A stretch of 64,000 bases of DNA from NCBI GenBank assembly GCA_965662895.1, contig CBFIJH010000006.1:56924-120923 (forward strand), read 5' to 3'. Shown here piece by piece: positions 39,010 to 47,498 of this stretch (the stretch's first letter is position 1; the number at the start of each line of letters is the position of its first letter). Source of the DNA: Candidatus Poseidoniaceae archaeon (GTDB lineage Archaea; Thermoplasmatota; Poseidoniia; Poseidoniales; Poseidoniaceae). The notes under the pieces are model-generated. The model saw only the letters and a program-made list of their open reading frames with translations. It had not been told where the DNA came from and made no database searches. Both the position numbers and the translations under genes were made by a program.

Positions 39010-40104
39010 ATGGAACATGGAGGAAGAAAATTGACAGAAAAGTGTGATGAATGCGGAAGTTTTGACTTGAATACAGATACAGCGCGGGGCGAAGTTGTTT
39101 GCAATGATTGTGGCCTTGTCATCGCCGATCATGCGTCGGCAACAGAAAATGACAATGCTGGAACAATGTGGGGCGAACATAGTTTCAATACCCCGACGAA
39201 GGATGAATCAAAAATCAGAACAGGAACAAAAGGGAACGGTCTTGGCTCTTACATTGGTAAGCCAGGCGAAGCCAAAGGAAAGTGGAAAATCCTCAGCAAC
39301 CTGAACAATCAGGGTATCAAAGATATGCACCCAATGGCCCAAGCTACAATGAATGCTGCAAAGGATTTGGCGGGGAAGGACAACGCTATGAAAGCGAAGA
39401 AGGTGATTTCACTGGCCACTGTTCCGCTAAAGGGAGAGAAAGCCAAGGCTTTGAGTAAGATTGCAAAGGAAGAAGACATCGTCCTCCCGAAGAACTCAGT
39501 ATGTCGAAAGAAGACCCGAGGAGGAAGCACGAAAAACAATGAGCGTTTGCTCGCTCTTGCCTGTTTGCGGGCTCACCAAGAACGAACGGGAAAGGTCAAC
39601 ATCGATTGGCCGCAAATGGTTGAAGGTACTGGTTTAACATTGAAGCAAGTGGTTGACGCAGCGAAAGTGGTCATGAAATATCTCAACCTCTGTGAGAAGG
39701 CGAATCTCATCGAGAAGCGAGCCGACCGACGAACTGTCCACCTTCAATTGCGAATCACAGAGATTGAAAATACAACACTTCGCCTTAAGCAACTCCTCGA
39801 TGGTCTTAATGAATCCTTGACGCTTCAAATCATGGACAACTACAAGCAGAGGTTGTTTCGTCTCGGAGAACCAACACTTGGCGATTCCCCATTTTCTCAG
39901 GAGAACATCGAAGCAAGAGTTTTGTGCGCAATACTGTTCCAGAAATCTTGTGAAGCCTTCGGTGTTGAACAAGGTCGGCTCGAGAATATCGCTCTGGCGA
40001 TAGGTCGATGTCGCAACACCATCAAGAATCGACTCAAAGCGCTTTTGAGAAAGGTTGCTGCCGGCGAGATTGTGGACTATGGCGTACTGCAAACGGATTT
40101 CTGA
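39010..40104 (+). CDS. Divergent transcription initiation factor IIB (TFB) paralog
   Basis: Zn ribbon CDECG...RGEVVCNDCGLVI; two cyclin-like repeats (LLALACL, VLCAILF); C-terminal HTH IALAIGRCRNTIKNRLKAL resembling TFB VAxxxGVTEVTIRNRYKEL. Confidence 0.7.
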   Translation: MEHGGRKLTEKCDECGSFDLNTDTARGEVVCNDCGLVIADHASATENDNAGTMWGEHSFNTPTKDESKIRTGTKGNGLGSYIGKPGEAKGKWKILSNLNNQGIKDMHPMAQATMNAAKDLAGKDNAMKAKKVISLATVPLKGEKAKALSKIAKEEDIVLPKNSVCRKKTRGGSTKNNERLLALACLRAHQERTGKVNIDWPQMVEGTGLTLKQVVDAAKVVMKYLNLCEKANLIEKRADRRTVHLQLRITEIENTTLRLKQLLDGLNESLTLQIMDNYKQRLFRLGEPTLGDSPFSQENIEARVLCAILFQKSCEAFGVEQGRLENIALAIGRCRNTIKNRLKALLRKVAAGEIVDYGVLQTDF

Positions 40105-40151
40105 AACAACAAATGGATTATCTCATTAAGGAGAGCCACGCCCTTCGGGAT

Positions 40152-41051
40152 ATGACTAGATTTCTTGTCGTAGGACTTTTGACCATACTCATTGCATCAA
40201 CTGTACCTGTCGCCCATGCTGTGGAGATCAAGGAACTTGAATCTGGCGTCCTCTTCGGTGGACTTCATGGGATGGCGAACGAAACCATTGCAGCCAATAG
40301 TACACTCGATGACCTTCCTGCAATCGCAGAAGATTACACAGCAACATGGTGTGGCAATTGTGTCGAAGTCGGTAATGCTCTCGAAACCGTTGCAGAAAAC
40401 GTAAGCATGGAAATCTATGCTGTCCATCGGAACATCTACGAAACGCAGGATCCATTAGGCAACGAAAACGTTGACCAGCGATTCAGAGACAGATATGGGT
40501 TCTATGCACCTCAGTTCAAACCTCCAGTTGCTGGCATCAACGGGAAGTATGCACTGCAAGGAAGCAACCCCGTTGGCGACTCCTTAGAATCTGATTTTAC
40601 AGAGTTAGCGACACAACCTCGAAATCTTGGTGATGGTTTCGTCACAATGGCATGGACGCCAACTGGAGAGAATTCAGGCACAATTGCTTGGAGCATCGAC
40701 CAGTCTACTTCCGCAGAATACAACGTCAGCATTTGGATGGTCGAGAAGGTCGCCTACTTCCCGGACGGGACGAACAACCAGATGTACTACCACCACATTG
40801 TCCGTGAAATCATCGATGTTGGAACCGTCACTGACTCCGGACAAAGTACAGGAACTGCGCAAGTCAACTATGCTGATGCATATGATGATGATGACCTTGA
40901 GGTCCACCTCATGTTCCATGAGTACATCGAACAAGCGGTAGAGGAAACCGATTCACAGACGGAATCTGACTCGGAAAATACACCGTTCATTTCCATGCCA
41001 TTGACTGTTCTGGCGCTTCTCGTCGTTGCATTACGTCGGGATTCTCAATAG
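40152..41051 (+). CDS. Secreted thioredoxin-fold (Omp28-like) protein with C-terminal membrane anchor
   Basis: Signal peptide, EDYTATWCGNC, HHIVRE, acidic linker, then TPFISMPLTVLALLVVALRR. Start at MTRF (40152). Confidence 0.75.
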   Translation: MTRFLVVGLLTILIASTVPVAHAVEIKELESGVLFGGLHGMANETIAANSTLDDLPAIAEDYTATWCGNCVEVGNALETVAENVSMEIYAVHRNIYETQDPLGNENVDQRFRDRYGFYAPQFKPPVAGINGKYALQGSNPVGDSLESDFTELATQPRNLGDGFVTMAWTPTGENSGTIAWSIDQSTSAEYNVSIWMVEKVAYFPDGTNNQMYYHHIVREIIDVGTVTDSGQSTGTAQVNYADAYDDDDLEVHLMFHEYIEQAVEETDSQTESDSENTPFISMPLTVLALLVVALRRDSQ

Positions 41052-43312
41052 AAATCAACCATGTTTGCATGCAACCTTGCATCGACCTCAGGCATCCGAT
41101 CTGGTGGGCGTCCAACTTCGATGAAGCGAAGAACGTAATCATCGATGTTTGCGAACCCAAATTCTTCTGTTAATGGCTCCATCAGCTCTCGCAGTGCTTG
41201 TCTTGGGTCTGCAATAGGGAAATCTCTTCGAATGTAGACTTGATTCAATTGGCGATAACGAGCATGTCTGTATCCAAGAATTTCGAGAATACGGCGAAGG
41301 GCGTCTTCTTCCTGCGCAGAGCGAATGGTCATCCGCAAACGACATCCTTGCATCCGAAACAACCCGCGCACTCCACCTAATTCGACCTGATGTCCGATCG
41401 GTTGCAATGAAAGTGCTTCCCAAACAAGTGGCATCGTGCGATACCATCGGTGAAATTGATCATCGCCGCGATGAGGTCCTTCATCCTCCTCTTCAATTTG
41501 GAACAACGGGTTCTGGAAATCAACAATGTTTGCTTGAATGTTGCGAAAAATTGGTCTCTGTTGCCTGTTTTGGTGAAAGTCTCCTTCGAGAATCCGGTTC
41601 TCATCATCAAACTCGAATGCTGGATTGAGATGTCCTGGCTGATCGAACCGTGAGTCACGGAGAGGACGCATCTTCCAGTCTTCATAAATTTCTGAATCAC
41701 ACACCAATTCCAAAGAGGCGAGATCGACAATCTCCCTCTCCTCATTTTCTCGAAACAAAAAAGGATGGAGAGGAAAATGGTACTTATTGCCGTTTGATTG
41801 ATAGAAGGTTTGAGGATTTGCACCAGTCTCCTTCTGCGGCGAACCGATTGGGGGCTGTGTCAGCAGATGCATTTGTAGACTACTCACTTTTTCGGCAGTT
41901 GTAACATCGGAAAGAAGCGAAAGCACAACGATAGCGATGGTGTCCCCGATTGGGATATCGCGATGATACTTCCCTGTGTGGATACAAATCGAGTGGCGTT
42001 GAGTTGTTTTCTTTCCAACCCCATAGATTTTGAATGGAGCGTTGTGTGAACCACGACGGATTTGAATCTCATAAAAATGGCCAAGCATTCCTCGCACGAG
42101 CAGTCGATCCTGATGGACCCAAGTATCCTTCGGGAATTGTTGTAGAACGCCCCGCAGAAATTGCATTGAACGGCGAAACGGTTCGTCTGCAGTTTCTGCA
42201 TTCTTATATGGCGCAGTCCAATTCATTTGTGCAGCGACCAGCCATTCACCTTCTCGAGATGCATGTGGAGACGACCCCCATGAGATCAGACCTGCCAACA
42301 AACCAGGAAGAAACGGAACCGGCGTTCTTCGGACGCTTCCGTTTTTTGTCAAAGTTCGGAAACAAAGCACGCCTTTTGAATTCACCATGAATGGATACCG
42401 GACATTGGAAAATTCAACGTCCCCCATCAAATCTGCCCATCGGCGCACCCAAGGCCATTTTGAGAAAGGTAGATTTCTGTTTTCTTGAGTTCGAACAAAC
42501 CGGCGACCAAATTTCATCCGCTGCCGAGGACGTCTTCCTGATAGCCGATTCATGAGATCGTGAGACCAACTTCCATCACCAAAATTGTTCGATTTGTTTT
42601 TTCTTCGTTCGTTTTGATCAAGGAGAAATGAAGATTGAACAAATGCATCATAGGGCGAGAGTAATTCTCGCTGTGTTTGCCCAAGCATCCGTTGGAATCG
42701 ATGCATGTACCGCTCCGGCCGTCCATGCAAGTCGATGGTTTGATACAACCCGCTCACTGCAAGGAAGATTTTGACAAGGTCCCATCCCTTTCGCTCTTCG
42801 GGATTCGTGAGTAAAAGGAGGTACTGCTCCGTAGGAATCCTCGCCTCATGAGAACGGCCATCAATCCACATTCGGCCATCGATAAATGAAAGGTGGGTCC
42901 CATCCCACATCACATATCCTTCCTCCAACCGCTCTTTCTCATAACCCGAATAACCGCTCCGCTTCTCAAGTTTTTCGATGAAGATTCGCTCCTCTTCCTC
43001 AGGAAACGGAGAATATCGCACTGGGTCTTGCTCCAAATCATCAAGCCGAGCCCAATCGACATCGGGAGTATGATTCATGAAGCGTTGAAGGTTTTCCCAT
43101 CGTTTTCGTAGAGAACGAGCGGGCCCCCCCAAAACGTCCGCCATCCGTTCGTGTACCTCCAATGGTAGTGATGGGGCCCATTTACTCTCTTCAGTTAGTT
43201 CAACACAGCGGATACAAATTGAACAATTTGTTTCAGTCGTTTCATTTTGGCAGATGCCACAGGCTTCCCCAATCATGGAGATTTTGTCGGTCGAGGTGTT
43301 AAAAAGTTTCAA
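41045..43312 (-). CDS. Hypothetical protein, N-terminal Cys cluster and a domain shared with 62254-63144
   Basis: 755-aa ORF with CGIC...CSICIRC near the start; start may be the ATG at MIGEACGIC. Confidence 0.75.
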   Translation of the reverse strand: MKLFNTSTDKISMIGEACGICQNETTETNCSICIRCVELTEESKWAPSLPLEVHERMADVLGGPARSLRKRWENLQRFMNHTPDVDWARLDDLEQDPVRYSPFPEEEERIFIEKLEKRSGYSGYEKERLEEGYVMWDGTHLSFIDGRMWIDGRSHEARIPTEQYLLLLTNPEERKGWDLVKIFLAVSGLYQTIDLHGRPERYMHRFQRMLGQTQRELLSPYDAFVQSSFLLDQNERRKNKSNNFGDGSWSHDLMNRLSGRRPRQRMKFGRRFVRTQENRNLPFSKWPWVRRWADLMGDVEFSNVRYPFMVNSKGVLCFRTLTKNGSVRRTPVPFLPGLLAGLISWGSSPHASREGEWLVAAQMNWTAPYKNAETADEPFRRSMQFLRGVLQQFPKDTWVHQDRLLVRGMLGHFYEIQIRRGSHNAPFKIYGVGKKTTQRHSICIHTGKYHRDIPIGDTIAIVVLSLLSDVTTAEKVSSLQMHLLTQPPIGSPQKETGANPQTFYQSNGNKYHFPLHPFLFRENEEREIVDLASLELVCDSEIYEDWKMRPLRDSRFDQPGHLNPAFEFDDENRILEGDFHQNRQQRPIFRNIQANIVDFQNPLFQIEEEDEGPHRGDDQFHRWYRTMPLVWEALSLQPIGHQVELGGVRGLFRMQGCRLRMTIRSAQEEDALRRILEILGYRHARYRQLNQVYIRRDFPIADPRQALRELMEPLTEEFGFANIDDYVLRFIEVGRPPDRMPEVDARLHANMVDFY

Positions 43313-44355
43313 CCGAGAGAAGAAAGTACCTCAACAACGCGTTCGACGTCCTCATCGGTGATGTGAAGATGCGTTACAATTCGACAATGCGTAGGTGAAA
43401 TATCAAACATATCAATACCTGATTGTGCCATTTTCTGAGAAATTTCTGACGCCGATAAACCGTTTGCAGAGAAGTAGACCATGTTGGTCTCGACTGCGTT
43501 TAAATCGACGGACAAGTGATCCATTTCATCGATGGCCTTTGCAATCGTTCGTGCACGGCGATGATCGTCTTGCATCCGTTGGATGTTGTTTTCAATTGCA
43601 TAAATTCCAGCAGCAGCAAGAATACCAGACTGGCGCATACCACCACCAAACATCTTACGCCATCGATGCGCTTGCTCGATGAACTCCTCCGAGCCGACGA
43701 GAACTGAACCAACAGGAGCGCCCAAGCCCTTCGAAAGGCAGATCGACACCGAATCGTAATCTCGAGTCATTCTCTGAAGTGATGTGTCTGTTGCAACTCT
43801 GGCATTGAAAATTCTTGCTCCATCGATGTGCGTTGAACAGTTCTTTTCATTCGCCACCGCAGCAATTGCATCGAGTGTGTCTTGAGCATAACATGTACCT
43901 CCTCCTCGGTTGGCAGTATTCTCAACACATACAAGGCTACCATCAGGATAATGAGATTGGGAACCCCTTTGTTTACGGATTGCACCCTGAACCAACTCGG
44001 GCGTTAGTAACCCATTCGTTCCTTCTGGCAGAGCAATGCTGGAACCGCAAAGAGCTGCATACCCCCCACCCTCATAGAGGTAGATGTGGCTGTAGCGCTC
44101 TGTGATGATTTCATCCCCTGGCACAGTATGTGTCCTGAGTGCAACAGCATTCGACATCGTTCCAGACGGGACAAAGAGTCCTGCGTCTTTCCCGCACAGC
44201 GTCGCGACCATGGATTCCAATTCTTGCACTGTCGGATCATCACCAAGGACGTCATCACCCACCTCTGCTTCAGCCATGGCTTGTCTCATACCATTTGTCG
44301 GTTGAGTAACAGTGTCCGAACGCAAATCAATCCGGGCAGAGATGATGTCTCGCAT
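43309..44355 (-). CDS. ltaE: Low-specificity L-threonine aldolase
   Basis: IDLRSDTVT, VGDDVLGDDPT, FVPSGTMSN, ENTANRGGG, HIDGARIFNA, CLSKGLGAPVGS and GGGMRQSG. Confidence 0.95.
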   Translation of the reverse strand: MRDIISARIDLRSDTVTQPTNGMRQAMAEAEVGDDVLGDDPTVQELESMVATLCGKDAGLFVPSGTMSNAVALRTHTVPGDEIITERYSHIYLYEGGGYAALCGSSIALPEGTNGLLTPELVQGAIRKQRGSQSHYPDGSLVCVENTANRGGGTCYAQDTLDAIAAVANEKNCSTHIDGARIFNARVATDTSLQRMTRDYDSVSICLSKGLGAPVGSVLVGSEEFIEQAHRWRKMFGGGMRQSGILAAAGIYAIENNIQRMQDDHRRARTIAKAIDEMDHLSVDLNAVETNMVYFSANGLSASEISQKMAQSGIDMFDISPTHCRIVTHLHITDEDVERVVEVLSSLG

Positions 44356-44393
44356 GTCCGTGCCACAAAGTTTCCCATGTTCAAAGAATCGTC

Positions 44394-44813
44394 TCAAAGC
44401 AGTTTCAATTCTCCTGTCAACAAATCGAGTTTTTGTTCTTCATCGGGACCCAGAGCAAGTACAGTCAATGATCCCGTTGGGATTTGTGTATGTCCTGCAT
44501 CATGAATTTTTGATGCAAGAATTTGGTGTTCTTTTGCCTGTTTTTCGATGCTCTCGATATGCATCACATTCTCTCCTTTAACACAAATCTTCTTTTGACC
44601 CGTGGACAGCCATGCATCAAGAAGCTCTGGGCGAAGTTCTCCAGATTTTAGTGTCGCTTTCACCGCTGCATGGCCGACTTGTGCTGCAATCTTTCCTTTG
44701 CCCATTTTTAGTTCATGATTAACAACAAACACCATCTTTAAAGGCTCATTTGTTGATGTAGTTCGTTCAAATTTCGGAGCAGTAATCCTATGAAGAAAAC
44801 TCCGAAGACCCAT
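44394..44813 (-). CDS. pth2: Peptidyl-tRNA hydrolase Pth2 (copy 2)
   Basis: KMVFVVNHELKMGKGKIAAQVGHAA, QKKI and DAGHTQIPTGSLTVLALGP. Confidence 0.92.
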   Translation of the reverse strand: MGLRSFLHRITAPKFERTTSTNEPLKMVFVVNHELKMGKGKIAAQVGHAAVKATLKSGELRPELLDAWLSTGQKKICVKGENVMHIESIEKQAKEHQILASKIHDAGHTQIPTGSLTVLALGPDEEQKLDLLTGELKLL

Positions 44814-44822
44814 TTTATCCCC

Positions 44823-45200
44823 TCATTCGTATGTTTTCAGGCTTTGGAAGATTGCATCCATAGTCTGGCGCGGACCTGGCCCAACTCCAAGCACGGTTGT
44901 TGTTCCAGGAGCAACTTCAGTTAATCCAGCATCCTTGATGAGAGCGAATGGAAGAGATGCTTCTTGAACTTGTCCAAGATAATACTTCAATTCATCTTCA
45001 TCATCAACTGCGAGGCAGATTTTACGTGAAGCCGAGTCATTCCAACGTTGAACCATCCTTGAATGCGTTTTCTTGGCCTGTTGCAATGAACCTACTGCAG
45101 CGTGTGCGCATTGAACAGCAAGTTTGCCTGGTGAGAGTTGAAGATCAACCCGGCAAAGAAAGACCATTGTGGGCGGATTAGAAAGTGCTGACATGCTCAT
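44823..45200 (-). CDS. pth2: Peptidyl-tRNA hydrolase Pth2 (copy 1)
   Basis: RVDLQLSPGKLAVQCAHAA, RKI and DAGLTEVAPGTTTVLGVGP. Confidence 0.9.
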   Translation of the reverse strand: MSMSALSNPPTMVFLCRVDLQLSPGKLAVQCAHAAVGSLQQAKKTHSRMVQRWNDSASRKICLAVDDEDELKYYLGQVQEASLPFALIKDAGLTEVAPGTTTVLGVGPGPRQTMDAIFQSLKTYE

Positions 45201-45837
45201 TCTCCTGTTGGACGAGCCGGTTTTGTGGTTGATTCATCGAAAGCAAGCGTTCGAACCATTGCCCAAACCACATAGCAAAGAAAACATTACCAAGGAAATG
45301 CAGGACATCATAAAGCAGTCCGTTGACAACATACAAACTGAAATCGATCATTGACATGCTTGAGTCAACAATTGAAAGAGAGACGAATAAGCTGAAGACT
45401 GGAACACTCCAGAGAGAAGCGAACGCAAGTCGGTTCATCGAAAGTTTTCCTTCAAGAGTGTGGACGTTGAAAATCGACGCCATTGCTGCAACGGAGCCCC
45501 AACCAAGCACTTGGAAGAAACTCCACCATCCATGTCCAAGCACAGCATTGCTGGCGAGAGTAACAAGTATCGCAAAGGAAAAACCCCGTTGAGCACCGAA
45601 CTTTGAGCCGATCATGACCGCCATAATGGTAACAGGCATCACATTTGGAATGAAACTCATAGCAATACGAGAAATCGAAGCGATGCCGACGAACAAAAAC
45701 AAAGGCCAAAGCCATGCCTCAGATTTTTGTTGCGGCCTTATCAACAACCAAACAGCAACGAAGAAAAGAGTACCGTTGAGCAGTGTCATCGCAAGTGGCG
45801 AGACGGTTGGCCCATGCGTACCAATCACACTCAACAT
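45178..45837 (-). CDS. ECF transporter S component, CbrT (cobalamin)-like
   Basis: SRIAMSFIPNVMPVT...G..RG......LASNAVLGHGWWSFFQVLGWG and GLLYDVLHFLGNVFF resemble CbrT-family S components. Confidence 0.72.
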   Translation of the reverse strand: MLSVIGTHGPTVSPLAMTLLNGTLFFVAVWLLIRPQQKSEAWLWPLFLFVGIASISRIAMSFIPNVMPVTIMAVMIGSKFGAQRGFSFAILVTLASNAVLGHGWWSFFQVLGWGSVAAMASIFNVHTLEGKLSMNRLAFASLWSVPVFSLFVSLSIVDSSMSMIDFSLYVVNGLLYDVLHFLGNVFFAMWFGQWFERLLSMNQPQNRLVQQENEHVSTF

Positions 45838-45875
45838 GGTTTATCCACTTGGCGGCACGCCTTGAGTGTTACCGC

Positions 45876-47498
45876 TCAAGCAGGTCGCCATTCAACAATT
45901 GAATCGGCGTCGATGTTCGCATCGGCCATGCCAACGGGCACCCTGTTGCCATCGATAGTAAACTCCCAACCATCACCAACACTTCCATTGAATGAAACAA
46001 GATATGCGCCGAGATATTGTTGTTCGATTTCAGTCAAAATACCCAGCGAATCGCAGCCAAGTACGGTCAAACCGTATACCGTATCTTGTTGCTCCAAACC
46101 ACCAATCACGTGCTCTTCTCCGTCGATCTCAATCACGAGAACCTGAGTCCCTTTCCATTCATCTGGCCATGAATTGCCCCACTCCACATCGCGTTCAGAT
46201 TCAACCCGATTCGCCAACTCAGGCGAGAGTGTCGGTACAATTGCAAGAGCCACCACAAGAAGGAATGCCGATCCAACTTTTACGAAACGTTGCCAATCTT
46301 GCGAAGCAAAAAAGGCACAAGTGAGAAAGAAAAGGACGATAATCGTGGCATAATGGACAATATCAAGAGGATTGGAGACAACAGATGCTGGTGATGATTC
46401 AACCGTTTGTTTCTGAAGAACTGCCAAAATACCAGCATCATTGCCAAGTGCAACGGTTTCTTGGCCAAAACCCGGTGCAGCGGTCCCATAGGTGTCAAAC
46501 GCAGTCGTTTCAATCCGAACCAATGAGGTTTCGTTAAAGACGCCCCATCCTCCATTTGGAGTATTGGATGGAGCCCAGACTTCAATATCAAAATTGACCA
46601 CTCGCAAGGACAATTCGCCATTCGAGTGAAATGGTTCCATTGCATCAATCTCGCATCCCACGTTGTCGCATAAAATGGAAATCCATTCATTGCTAGTAGC
46701 AGCATAAATTCGATTGTTGTGAAGGATTGGGATGGCGGGAGACGGGCCGGCTGTTCCAATGACAGAACCGTTCAGATACATGATCGAGCCTTGATCGGTT
46801 TGCAGGTGGATGAACAGACCATGTCGTGTATCCAAAGGTGCATGACGAATTTTTCCTTCACCGACAGACGTTGTTGAAACTGTACCATTCCGGTTCACTG
46901 TATGGAGAGAACCAGTTTCATCGCCGTAAATGTATCCCTGCTCGGTGATTGTTACACCATTTCTCCATCCAATGTGTCCAGAGTCAATGTCCAAAAGTTC
47001 TGAACCATCTGCAAGACAGAAACTGGAGAGGCCTGTACGTGTTGGGACAATCACTCGATCGTCCTCAACAACCATCTTTCCAGTGATACCAATCAGTTCA
47101 ACCTCGGTTTGATTTTGCCAAATTATTGAGCCGTCTGTTGGCGATAATGCTATGATTTTTCCATCGGACCAACCGACCAAGAGTACGTCATTCCAAGACC
47201 CACAAGCACCACTTCCTTTCTCAACAAAAACAAGAGGGGACATGTCGTGTTGAAGCGATGTTTGCGAAGTATATCTCCACTTTTCAATTCCATTTTGTAA
47301 TTCAAACGCTGCGACAATCGGCCGGTCCTCACCCGTCCAGAATCCTGAGGTCCGCACGTAAACAGAATCATCAACAACAAGAGGCTGTGTTGAAATGTAA
47401 CCAGATTCAAACTGATGCGTCCATGAAGGTTCTGAAGCAGCCTGAACGAGCGGTAGAAAGAATACTGAAACGACAAGAATGAGTGCAATCCTCATCAT
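45876..47498 (-). CDS. PQQ-type beta-propeller - 2 TM - DUF4430 (transcobalamin-like) surface protein
   Basis: Signal peptide; PQQ-like repeats (AFELQNGIEKW, ALSPTDGSIIW); two TMs; C-terminal LGAYLVSFNG...WEFTIDG...VGMA...IVEW. Confidence 0.75.
   Translation of the reverse strand: MMRIALILVVSVFFLPLVQAASEPSWTHQFESGYISTQPLVVDDSVYVRTSGFWTGEDRPIVAAFELQNGIEKWRYTSQTSLQHDMSPLVFVEKGSGACGSWNDVLLVGWSDGKIIALSPTDGSIIWQNQTEVELIGITGKMVVEDDRVIVPTRTGLSSFCLADGSELLDIDSGHIGWRNGVTITEQGYIYGDETGSLHTVNRNGTVSTTSVGEGKIRHAPLDTRHGLFIHLQTDQGSIMYLNGSVIGTAGPSPAIPILHNNRIYAATSNEWISILCDNVGCEIDAMEPFHSNGELSLRVVNFDIEVWAPSNTPNGGWGVFNETSLVRIETTAFDTYGTAAPGFGQETVALGNDAGILAVLQKQTVESSPASVVSNPLDIVHYATIIVLFFLTCAFFASQDWQRFVKVGSAFLLVVALAIVPTLSPELANRVESERDVEWGNSWPDEWKGTQVLVIEIDGEEHVIGGLEQQDTVYGLTVLGCDSLGILTEIEQQYLGAYLVSFNGSVGDGWEFTIDGNRVPVGMADANIDADSIVEWRPA

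Noticed and set aside
45838-45875. Cobalamin riboswitch ahead of the S component or the DUF4430 gene
   Set aside because: The gap is only 38 bp and the DUF4430 gene overlaps gatE; there is no room and no B12-box motif.
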